Virus record (IMG/VR): IMGVR_UViG_3300031227_000005
Origin: a virus
DNA length: 39,713 nt
Strand: one strand, 5' to 3'
Shown here: positions 1-8,036 of the stretch, piece by piece
Layout of the letters: each line of letters opens with the position of its first letter
How positions within the stretch are numbered: the first letter of the stretch is position 1
Made by a program: the position numbers and the translations under genes
Notes under the pieces: model-generated
Database searches by the model: none
The model's input: only the letters and a program-made list of their open reading frames with translations
Told to the model about the DNA's origin: nothing

Positions 1-127
1 CCACCAACTCTTACAAGATTCTCGCCGACACGCCGCAAGACTTCCACGTCGCCGGGATATCGTCGATTGTTGCACTCCGCGTTGGGGCCGCCGATGGCGT
101 GCTCCAGATACTGGAGATGCTTCCAGA
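1..127. repeat. Left copy of 127-bp direct terminal repeat (identical to 39587..39713)
   Basis: Base-by-base comparison shows 1..127 equals 39587..39713. The repeat ends exactly at both window edges. Confidence 0.97.
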
Positions 128-140
128 GGTACCAGCGTGA
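1..140 (+). CDS. 3' end of the wrap-around ORF that starts at 39193
   Basis: Reading in the frame that continues from 39586 gives ...LQILEMLPEVPA then TGA at 138..140. Confidence 0.6.
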   Translation, partial: TNSYKILADTPQDFHVAGISSIVALRVGAADGVLQILEMLPEVPA

Positions 141-904
141 ATCTGGGATTGGGCCTGGGTATGGGCCTCGGGCGAGGCGTCGCGGGGGGTGGCGTGGCGG
201 ATAGCTTCTACGGGTTGATATTTGATGGCGATGATATGGCGATATGCCCGGCGTTTCGTGACGCAAACCTGGCAATGACCAAGATGTCAGTATTCTGCTG
301 GGTTAAATCCTCAGCGAACGCAACGTCTAACATCGTATCCAGGTATTTCGGCCCAGCATTTGATAAACGCTCGTATCAGTTCCTGACTAGTTCTTCTGGC
401 GGAACGGTGCGCGTAACTAATGTTGCCAATGGTGCCACGTATAAGCTGTATAATTATTCATCGAATTTCAACGATGGGGCATATCACCACGTCGGTTTTA
501 CCTGGGACGCTGGTGTATTGACACTCTGGATTGATGGAGTAGACGCAACCGGAACAAAATCAGTAGACGACGTATTCACAACGATATACGACAACTCCGC
601 AGATATATATCTGATGATTGGAGCCGACAGGCCAGCTGGCGGCGCATACTATACCGGTGAAATGTCTCAGGTGTTGACATCACCTCTCGCCATGACACAA
701 ACACAGATACAGGCGTTGATGGTCGGGACACTGCCTGACAGTGTATCATGCTACTACAAATTCATGCCGGGAACCGGCCAGGTCCTCACCGATGACTCAG
801 GAAATAGTCACGATGGGTACAGGGGTAGTGCCCAAACTACTGACGCAAATGACCCAGAGTGGACGACGATATACAAAAGATTAACCACAGGGGGACCACA
901 GTGA
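137..904 (+). CDS. LamG / concanavalin-A-like lectin domain protein
   Basis: 255-aa ORF. It has a Gly/Leu-rich N-terminus and motifs typical of Laminin_G_3 proteins: MSVFCWVKSS, YHHVGFTWDAGVLTLWIDG, and a ...LMIGAD...YYTGEMSQV segment. GC is lower than in the flanking sequence. Confidence 0.65.
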   Translation: MNLGLGLGMGLGRGVAGGGVADSFYGLIFDGDDMAICPAFRDANLAMTKMSVFCWVKSSANATSNIVSRYFGPAFDKRSYQFLTSSSGGTVRVTNVANGATYKLYNYSSNFNDGAYHHVGFTWDAGVLTLWIDGVDATGTKSVDDVFTTIYDNSADIYLMIGADRPAGGAYYTGEMSQVLTSPLAMTQTQIQALMVGTLPDSVSCYYKFMPGTGQVLTDDSGNSHDGYRGSAQTTDANDPEWTTIYKRLTTGGPQ

Positions 905-935
905 AACGCATCATCTTATTACTAGAGGTTGATAC

Positions 936-1205
936 ATGGAATTGATTCACAAGTCTAGTGCCGCGACAAACTGGCAGACAATATATAGGAACCGCGTGGA
1001 TGCCCTGTTCGGCGAGGATTTGATTATCGGGCCGGGCGTGCTCTTCACTGACGACGAGGGCAAGTGGTACGAGTGGCATTCGCATAGATTCACCAACGAT
1101 CAGATTATGTGCGTGCTGTCTTCTGACGAGGACGACGAACTCGGCGTGAAGTTCGGAGAAGGTCTCGCGGTCGGTCTGATCCGTGTCGAGAGTGCCGAAG
1201 AGTGA
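936..1205 (+). CDS. Hypothetical protein (head-tail joining region)
   Basis: 89-aa ORF with AGAGG 8 nt upstream of the ATG. Placed only by position among neck genes. Confidence 0.5.
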   Translation: MELIHKSSAATNWQTIYRNRVDALFGEDLIIGPGVLFTDDEGKWYEWHSHRFTNDQIMCVLSSDEDDELGVKFGEGLAVGLIRVESAEE

Positions 1206-1507
1206 TTGAGGCGTATCCGCGTCAGGATGTGATCGTGAACGTTGCCGGATCAGGCACGAACCGCACAGGTGATCCGACGTACACACCACGCACAGTATCG
1301 TGCGTAGTTGACGAACGGTCGAAGATGGTCCGCGACAACGAAGGAAACGACGTGATGTCCACCGCAACCGTGTATTTCCCCGGTGGCGACACCGTAAAAC
1401 AGGTTGACACGGTAGAGATCGGCGGATCCGAGATCAAGTCGCCGATTATCAAGATGGTGAAGGAACCGGCATTCGTACAGCCTTTCGTCGAGGTGATACT
1501 TGGCTGA
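1202..1507 (+). CDS. Putative head closure / head-tail joining protein
   Basis: 101-aa ORF whose GTG start overlaps the upstream stop (GTGA). The call rests on size and position upstream of tail genes. Confidence 0.4.
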   Translation: MIEAYPRQDVIVNVAGSGTNRTGDPTYTPRTVSCVVDERSKMVRDNEGNDVMSTATVYFPGGDTVKQVDTVEIGGSEIKSPIIKMVKEPAFVQPFVEVILG

Positions 1508-1955
1508 GAAAGATGTCATAAACACGCTAACCCCCGGACTGGAAGCGTTCGCTGTTCGTGCTGACGCGGCGCAAGTCGCCGCCGTTGGTGCTGCAGGAAT
1601 GCAGATACAGTCTGATTCGATCATGCAGGAACCGACGCCGCCACTGGAAGAGGGCACACTACGCGGATCCAACAGCTTGCACGTCGGGGACGAGTTCGTC
1701 CGCACAGTTGACGTGCCAGAGGATACCGAGGACGCCGACCCGAACACCGACGCGTTGGCAGATGGTCACACGGAACACCAGAAGGTCGCAACGGTCGGAT
1801 TCAACACACCCTACGCGGCAAGACATCACGAGATACCTGCCGATTTCGTGGAGCCAGGATCAGGTAACAAGTATCTGGAAACTCCGATGTCGGAAAACGC
1901 GGCTGAATACGGGAAGCTCATGGCAGATACACACAAGAAAGTGATAGACGCATGA
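1500..1955 (+). CDS. Putative tail completion / neck protein (HK97 gp10-like, lambda gpZ position)
   Basis: 151-aa ORF with a TTG start overlapping the upstream stop. The EGTLRGS segment resembles the TGxLRxS motif of the HK97 gp10 family. Synteny supports the call. Confidence 0.4.
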   Translation: MAEKDVINTLTPGLEAFAVRADAAQVAAVGAAGMQIQSDSIMQEPTPPLEEGTLRGSNSLHVGDEFVRTVDVPEDTEDADPNTDALADGHTEHQKVATVGFNTPYAARHHEIPADFVEPGSGNKYLETPMSENAAEYGKLMADTHKKVIDA

Positions 1956-2353
1956 TATACGCCGTTGCGTCATACATCGCGGGCCTAGTACCTGCTCTCA
2001 CTGTTGGCGAGAACCTGATTATTGGGAAGTTCCCGACGGTTGCACCTGATCTGTGTGTGGCTCTTCTTCCGCGTGGCGGCGTGCCTGACGGATACCGACT
2101 CGACTTTTCGCGTTACAGTATGCAGGTGGTAGTCCGTGGAACTGATTATGAGGCGGCGGACGCGATTGCACAATCTATATTCACAGCGATTCACGGCGTG
2201 TCTGGCGATACCATCCCGGCGGTGTCTCCGGACCCGGCGTACCATGTGGCTTCGATTCTAGCGAATCAACAGCCGTATACAATCGGCCAGGACGTCCAGT
2301 CGGGGCGTGCGGCAATCACCACGAACTACACACTTACACTCCTGGAGGAATGA
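1952..2353 (+). CDS. Putative tail terminator (lambda gpU position)
   Basis: 133-aa ORF with an ATGA overlap, lying immediately upstream of the major tail gene. Confidence 0.4.
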   Translation: MIYAVASYIAGLVPALTVGENLIIGKFPTVAPDLCVALLPRGGVPDGYRLDFSRYSMQVVVRGTDYEAADAIAQSIFTAIHGVSGDTIPAVSPDPAYHVASILANQQPYTIGQDVQSGRAAITTNYTLTLLEE

Positions 2354-2356
2354 CAG

Positions 2357-2947
2357 ATGGCAACACCACTGTTTTTCGCGCCTGGCGAAGCCGCACTGTA
2401 TTGGACCGGTCCCGCCGGTGGTGCGGTAAAGAAACGCATCTACACGCTGGACGGCGTGTGGATTACAATACCGGAGGAGTTCGAGCGCGTCACAGGCGAC
2501 GAACGGACCGGAAAGGGCACCGTGGAAACGCTTGACGTATCCAACGGGTGCTCGCTCAAATTCAAGTTCTATTACGCCGTGGTCGAAAGCACCGGAGTTG
2601 ACGACACCGACGTGACTGTCGAGGAAATGTCGCCGTATCTGGTCCTGAATGACACGGCGTCTGAAGCCTCCGGGTACAGTGAAGTCGGTGGAGGCGGTCG
2701 CGGATCTGATCGTGCCGGTACGTGGGAAATCACCCCGCTGGATGACGAGGTACCTGATACCGTGTTGGCGCACACATGGCACGTTCCGGCGGGCGTTCCG
2801 ATGTTGAACGGAACGTGGCAGTACTCCAAGGCTGGACAGCCTGACCAGTTCATCGACGTTGAGGTTGTCGCGTTGCCGTCCGATATCACAATCGGCGCGG
2901 TCACGAAATCCGTATACTATCACTACGGAGCCAATCCAGGAGCCTGA
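2357..2947 (+). CDS. Major tail protein (by synteny)
   Basis: 196-aa ORF with GGAGGA upstream. It precedes the chaperone pair and the tape measure. Confidence 0.6.
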   Translation: MATPLFFAPGEAALYWTGPAGGAVKKRIYTLDGVWITIPEEFERVTGDERTGKGTVETLDVSNGCSLKFKFYYAVVESTGVDDTDVTVEEMSPYLVLNDTASEASGYSEVGGGGRGSDRAGTWEITPLDDEVPDTVLAHTWHVPAGVPMLNGTWQYSKAGQPDQFIDVEVVALPSDITIGAVTKSVYYHYGANPGA

Positions 2948-3021
2948 TCTTAACCGAGGGTGTCAGGTGACCACGGGCACCCTAGACCATGAACACAAAC
3001 GGACCAACGGAGGAACCTGCC

Positions 3022-3471
3022 ATGAAGCAGTTCACAGTCGAGAATCTGACGTCTTTCGAACCTATCGAATTCGAGATCGAAGGCAAGGCGTACAAGATCG
3101 AGCACATTACCGAAGAGATGCTGTACGCCGGACCAGAGGAACACGGGCGACAGGGCGACGTCGCAATTGCTCATTATGCAGGGAAGCAGAAGCGCGACGA
3201 GCACAAGGCGATAAACGAGGCCGCGATAGAAGCAGCGCGGAAGGACGGGCGCGAGGTCGCTGTCGATCTACTTCCTATTCCCAAGGTGCCACCGATGACC
3301 TACCCGATGCACAGGGCATTCTCGCGTATCACAGGTGCACCGCTCAGCGACTTCACCGGCGTTGACCATCGCGTTCTGTTGGAGGCGTACGAGTATTTCA
3401 AGGCGGAAACGTTGCGACAACAGCAGGGCGTCAAGAACCCTACCTCCCCCGAGTCGAAGAGTACGGACTGA
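3022..3471 (+). CDS. Tail assembly chaperone (gpG-like)
   Basis: The ORF is open from 2989. The ATG at 3022 has GGAGGA 7 nt upstream. It is an acidic protein of about 149 aa lying directly before the tape measure. Confidence 0.6.
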   Translation: MKQFTVENLTSFEPIEFEIEGKAYKIEHITEEMLYAGPEEHGRQGDVAIAHYAGKQKRDEHKAINEAAIEAARKDGREVAVDLLPIPKVPPMTYPMHRAFSRITGAPLSDFTGVDHRVLLEAYEYFKAETLRQQQGVKNPTSPESKSTD

Positions 3472-3503
3472 TAGCGACTGAGTTCCCCGGATGGTTCAGT
3501 GCG

Positions 3504-3728
3504 GTGGAATTCGCCGCGCTGGACGTCAGGGATCAAGGACTGTACGCGAAGGCCGCGAAGATTCGGGAAAAGGAACGCGAACTGATGGCGATGGAATGCT
3601 CCAAGGCTGGAAACGCCACACAGGATTCGTACATGACCGTGATACGTCGAATGGAAACCAACATTGCGAGACTCCGCGACGGCGACAAGGCCGTTACACA
3701 GCAAAGTTTTCGCGCTCTACCTGGATAG
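3504..3728 (+). CDS. Tail assembly chaperone extension (gpT-like), in the -1 frame relative to 3022..3471
   Basis: This frame is open from 3366 and so overlaps the last 106 nt of the upstream gene. The first listed start is a GTG at 3504. The position matches the conserved G/GT arrangement. Confidence 0.5.
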   Translation: MEFAALDVRDQGLYAKAAKIREKERELMAMECSKAGNATQDSYMTVIRRMETNIARLRDGDKAVTQQSFRALPG

Positions 3729-3743
3729 AAACGAGGTTAAACG

Positions 3744-6314
3744 ATGCCTTTTGACGCTGGAGCGGTAATTGGTCAGGCGAAACTAAACACCGCCGAATTC
3801 GACAAAGGCGTCGATGATGTCAAGGTCGGCAGCAAGCAAGTAGAAAAGAGCATGGGTGGGTTGACGAAATCCATCCGTGCCGCTGTCGGCAAGATCCGCG
3901 ACGTGGCGAGGGCCGGAGCCGCCGCGATCAAGCGCAACGAACAGGCAATCCGAACAACCGGCGCAACCGCGACCGCTGTCGGTGCGGCGTTCACCGCCGT
4001 ATCTGCTGCTCAGTTCAAACTCGCCGCTGATGGTGTCGAATCAGTCAACCGGTTCAATCGCGCGCTCGGCGATCTCCAAGTTGCCGGTAACGATTGGGCG
4101 ATGCAGTACTCCAGCGATCTACACCTCGCACTGAACGCCGTACAGGATTTCACCGCGAACACGTTTCTCATGACGAAAAACATGGGGTTCACTGAGTCCG
4201 CCGCGTTCGATCTATCCAAGCAGGTAACACAGCTCACGTTCGACATGGCATCCTACTACACTCTACCCGTCGAACAGGCATTCAGTAAGATTCAGGCTGG
4301 CCTCGTCGGGCAGTCGCGGCCACTGCTCGAACTCGGTATCATCGTCAACGAGGCCACAACGAAGACGTTTGCGTACACAAACGCGATTGCCGAACAAGGC
4401 AAGAAGCTCACCGACTTGGAGAAGATACAGGCGCGGTTCGGTCTCATTATGCAGGGCACCGCTGATGCACAAGGTGACCTACGCCGCACGATGGAAAGCT
4501 CCGCGAACGAAACGAAGCGCATGGGTGTGGAGATCAAAGAACTTGCGCAGTCGTTCGGGGATCGCCTGTTGCCGTCGATCACACCGATCATCCACGGATT
4601 CAACGAGATGCTATCCGGGATACGAGAATGGGTTGACGAGGCGGGCATGGCGGCGAAGATCACGGCGAACCTGACCCTTGCGATCGGAGCGTTCGGTGTA
4701 GTTCTTGGTCCTATTCTGATTGCCCTTCCGACGCTGGTCGCTGGCATTGCGGCGATCACGGCGTCTCCGTTCGGCCTTGTGGCGATAGGTGTCGTTGCTC
4801 TCGGCGTTGCGTTCACTGCATTAGCCGGAGCAATGCAGGAAGTCGCGCAATCTCAGGAGGAGATCAACGAGGAACGCGCCCAAGCGTTCACGGACATTGA
4901 GTCACTAGAAAAGCTGTATGTGAAGCTGAAGGCCACGTCAGGAGACACGAGCCTGGAACAGTCCGAACTAAAGGCCACCACAGCCGCACTCGAAAACGCG
5001 TACAAAAAACTTGGACTCGCGGTCAAGGTGTCAGATGGTCGGTTCGCGCACCTGTTCGCGACACTGAAGTCGCCGCAAATCGACGTCCTTCTCGCACAAC
5101 GCAAGCAAGTAGAGAAGTCACTGGAGGACATCCAGTCGTTTGCAATCACCAGCGGTGGTTCCGCTGTCGGTGTAAGGGTGCGGGCTGTTGAGGCACGACG
5201 TGCGGAACTGATCGCCTCCATGAAGCAGATCAACACAGAACTGAAAGACTTGGGATTTGTCGCGAAGGGTTCCGCGAAGGAGACCACGGCGGCGATTGAT
5301 GATATTATCACGGTATCGAAGTCACTGGCGGACCGCCTGAAGGATGCGGGTATCACCACGTCCAAGCAGTTGCGTGCCGAACTGAAGGAATTGAACGACC
5401 TATACAGCACGACATCCGACGAGATCGCGCGCAGTGCTCTGTGGGATCAGATCACTGATCTGGAGGATATCCTGTTTCCTACAGCAGAGAAAACGACCGG
5501 ACCGAAGTCTCTATCCGAGATGTTCAAGGAAGCGACCAAGGATATCGACGACACCGCCGAAGCGACAGAAGGACTCGACGTTGCGATGGTTGGCCTCATC
5601 GAAACATCTACGGAATTATCACGAGCAACCGACGCCACTATCCGTGGTTTCATGACGGCAGAGGAAAGCCTGACCGGGTTGATGGAAGGCGTCACCGGTG
5701 GCTGGACATCGGATTTCGAGGAGTTCTTTGACCGCACGGGGAGTATGTTGCTTGAGTGGGAAGGCGGATGGGAGGGCGTGTTCGACTCTATCGACAACCT
5801 GTTCAAGAATATGCTGAGATCGATCATCACGGAAATGAACACATTGGTCTCTCGTGACATCGCGCAGTCGCTTATGAGTAGTGTCCGTGGTCAAACCGGC
5901 GTGAACACAGCGACCGCCGCACTCAGTTCTAACTTCTTGTCATCATTCAGTACACAGGGATTTGGCGACACTGCGTTGGGATCGTTTTTCGGATTCGCCG
6001 ACGGTGGTTCGGTGTTCGGAAAACTATCGAAACACGGGATAGTTGACACGCCGACTCCGATGATTGCAGGGGAGAACAACAGGCGAGAACGAATCCTGAA
6101 CGCCGACGAGACGGCCAACATGGAACGCGGTATATTCTCAGCAGGGAAGGCCGCAGGATCCGTTGTGGTGAATCTCACGAACGCTTCCGGCACGCCTGTC
6201 GAAGCTGAGGCCGCACCGCCTCGCCAGACTCCAGACGGAATGGTTGTAGATGTGATTATCAACGCGCTACACGGTAACACGAATCTCCGCAACGCAGTGA
6301 AGGGGATCATGTAA
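3744..6314 (+). CDS. Tail tape measure protein
   Basis: 856 aa, Ala/helix-rich. It has a central hydrophobic block (ITANLTLAIGAFGVVLGPILIALPTLVAGIAAITASPFGLVAIGVVALGV). It sits after the chaperones. Confidence 0.9.
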   Translation: MPFDAGAVIGQAKLNTAEFDKGVDDVKVGSKQVEKSMGGLTKSIRAAVGKIRDVARAGAAAIKRNEQAIRTTGATATAVGAAFTAVSAAQFKLAADGVESVNRFNRALGDLQVAGNDWAMQYSSDLHLALNAVQDFTANTFLMTKNMGFTESAAFDLSKQVTQLTFDMASYYTLPVEQAFSKIQAGLVGQSRPLLELGIIVNEATTKTFAYTNAIAEQGKKLTDLEKIQARFGLIMQGTADAQGDLRRTMESSANETKRMGVEIKELAQSFGDRLLPSITPIIHGFNEMLSGIREWVDEAGMAAKITANLTLAIGAFGVVLGPILIALPTLVAGIAAITASPFGLVAIGVVALGVAFTALAGAMQEVAQSQEEINEERAQAFTDIESLEKLYVKLKATSGDTSLEQSELKATTAALENAYKKLGLAVKVSDGRFAHLFATLKSPQIDVLLAQRKQVEKSLEDIQSFAITSGGSAVGVRVRAVEARRAELIASMKQINTELKDLGFVAKGSAKETTAAIDDIITVSKSLADRLKDAGITTSKQLRAELKELNDLYSTTSDEIARSALWDQITDLEDILFPTAEKTTGPKSLSEMFKEATKDIDDTAEATEGLDVAMVGLIETSTELSRATDATIRGFMTAEESLTGLMEGVTGGWTSDFEEFFDRTGSMLLEWEGGWEGVFDSIDNLFKNMLRSIITEMNTLVSRDIAQSLMSSVRGQTGVNTATAALSSNFLSSFSTQGFGDTALGSFFGFADGGSVFGKLSKHGIVDTPTPMIAGENNRRERILNADETANMERGIFSAGKAAGSVVVNLTNASGTPVEAEAAPPRQTPDGMVVDVIINALHGNTNLRNAVKGIM

Positions 6315-6670
6315 TGGCAACGCCCGCGTTCCCTACTCTGGATGGATACTTCGATCCGTCGTCGTATGTGATGGAACCAGCGGAGAACCCGTCGGTCCAG
6401 AGTGCACTCGAAAACGGCATGGTCTACGCCGCGAAGCGTTTCACGCGCATACGTTACCGGTTCTCACTCGTATATCGCACCGTGACGGAAGCGAACAAGG
6501 AGATACTGGAGGCGTTCGTGGAAGCGCGCGGTGTGTCTGCCGAGGTGTTCACATGGACCGCACCTGGCGAGTCGTCCGCACGCACCGTCAGGTTCACGCG
6601 GTCGCCGTCGTATCGTGCGGTCTCCGGTCTTCCGTTCTGGAATATCGCCGTTGAAGTAGTGGAGGAATAG
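6314..6670 (+). CDS. Minor tail protein, lambda gpM-like
   Basis: 118 aa, first gene after the tape measure. The FSLVYRTVTEANKEILEAFVEARG...FTWTAPG pattern resembles gpM as I recall it. Confidence 0.6.
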   Translation: MATPAFPTLDGYFDPSSYVMEPAENPSVQSALENGMVYAAKRFTRIRYRFSLVYRTVTEANKEILEAFVEARGVSAEVFTWTAPGESSARTVRFTRSPSYRAVSGLPFWNIAVEVVEE

Positions 6671-6672
6671 AC

Positions 6673-6831
6673 ATGATTGGTGCAATACTGACCGCTGTCC
6701 GATTGGTGTTCATGGCGAAGACCGTCGTCGAAGAAATCGAACGCCTGAAGAAGTCGAAGAAGCCGGGACGCGTAGTCCTTTCGCTTCTCGAAAAGGCCGT
6801 CGAACGGAAGGTCAAGAAGCGTGCCAGCTAG
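6673..6831 (+). CDS. Small hypothetical protein (52 aa, hydrophobic N-terminus, Lys-rich C-terminus)
   Basis: ATG at 6673 and TAG at 6829..6831. It is not in the ORF track (under 60 aa). It fills the gap between the gpM-like and gpL-like genes. Confidence 0.3.
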   Translation: MIGAILTAVRLVFMAKTVVEEIERLKKSKKPGRVVLSLLEKAVERKVKKRAS

Positions 6832-7672
6832 TATCCCCGTTGGATTGATACCCGTCAAGAACGAACTGTCCGGCGCGTCGCCGTTGGTGTTGGTCGAGAT
6901 CAGCGTACCAGGGGAAGCCACTCCGTTCCGCCTCGTGAGGAACAACGAGGATGTGACGTGGCCGACCGCCGGTGGAGATATTTACACTGCTTACGGTCTC
7001 ACGGTGACTGGACTACAGCAATCCGCGAACGGCAACATCGAAACGATGGAACTACAGCTCACCAACGCGGCGCGGTTGCTCGAATCCTACGTCCAGGAAG
7101 TCAACGGGATCATCGGCGGTACCGTAGTCCTACGCAAGGTGTTCGCTGATCACCTTGACGAGACCGAACCGGCGCAGATCGACACGTTGACAGTGATCAG
7201 GACGCGTTCTTCGGTTCGCGAGATGACGCTGTCGCTCGGGCCGTTCAACCCATTTACGCGCCGTTTCCCTGCTCAGTCATACATCCCGAACGCGTGCCGG
7301 TGGCAGTTCCGGGGACCAGAATGTGGATTCACCGGGCGGATTGTCACGAGTACGGCGATTTCGTTCCAAGTGGTGGCCGGGCTATCAAACGACACGATCA
7401 CACGCGGATCCGGTTCATGGATCACCGATGCCTACGCGGACGATATGTCTATCACCGTGTCGGGAAGTACGAGCAACGACGGCACATATCAGATTGTGAC
7501 CGTTGGCGCGACCACGCTGACAGTCGAACCGGATCTCGTCGCGGAATCCGCCGGTGCGACTATCACCGTTTCGGCGGCGTGTCCCGGTACGATACCAGCG
7601 TGTAAAACGAACGGGCAGATTGCGAACTACGGAGGTGCCCCCGGTTCCGCCGAGGGCATATATGCTGGGTGA
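6821..7672 (+). CDS. Minor tail protein, lambda gpL-like (4-Cys Fe-S motif)
   Basis: IIGGTVVLRKVFADHLD, CRWQFRGPECGFTG and CPGTIPACKTNGQIANYGG match the gpL signatures LVGGTVVRRKVYARFLD, CTWTYRGDECGYSG and CSKCLSGC...NFGG. Confidence 0.8.
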   Translation: MPASIPVGLIPVKNELSGASPLVLVEISVPGEATPFRLVRNNEDVTWPTAGGDIYTAYGLTVTGLQQSANGNIETMELQLTNAARLLESYVQEVNGIIGGTVVLRKVFADHLDETEPAQIDTLTVIRTRSSVREMTLSLGPFNPFTRRFPAQSYIPNACRWQFRGPECGFTGRIVTSTAISFQVVAGLSNDTITRGSGSWITDAYADDMSITVSGSTSNDGTYQIVTVGATTLTVEPDLVAESAGATITVSAACPGTIPACKTNGQIANYGGAPGSAEGIYAG

Positions 7673-8036
7673 AAACCTCGGCATTCTCGGGATCCCGTAT
7701 TGTCCGGGCGGGCGGGATCCCGAGACCGGTCTTGACTGTTGGGGGCTGGCGATGTACTTGTTCCGGGAACACGGCGTGGAATTGCCGGATCTGTCGGACT
7801 ACCGAAACGCACCGGCGATATCTGACCACATGGACCGCGTCGATGCACCGTATCCGGTCGGTGTGCCGTTGCTGGTTGCGATGCGACTCGAAGGCGGGCC
7901 AGTTGACCACGTCGGCACATGTCTGGATGGTGAACGCGTGATCCACACCACTATCGGATCGGGTGTGCATATACAGAAGATGACCGCGCGGACGGTGCGT
8001 GTATTTCTCGAAGGGGTATACAAGTGGCGTATGTGA
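7662..8036 (+). CDS. NlpC/P60-family tail tip peptidase (gpK-like C-terminal domain only)
   Basis: Starts at the internal ATG 7662, which overlaps the gpL-like stop. Candidate catalytic residues are the Cys in GLDCWGLAMYLF and the His residues in DHVG and VIHT. Confidence 0.75.
   Translation: MLGENLGILGIPYCPGGRDPETGLDCWGLAMYLFREHGVELPDLSDYRNAPAISDHMDRVDAPYPVGVPLLVAMRLEGGPVDHVGTCLDGERVIHTTIGSGVHIQKMTARTVRVFLEGVYKWRM

Noticed and set aside
1-127. True physical direct terminal repeat or cos-type end
   Set aside because: The repeat coincides exactly with the window ends, has assembler-typical length, and lies inside a continuous ORF. It is best treated as a circularisation overlap, and the sequence alone gives no evidence about the packaging termini.
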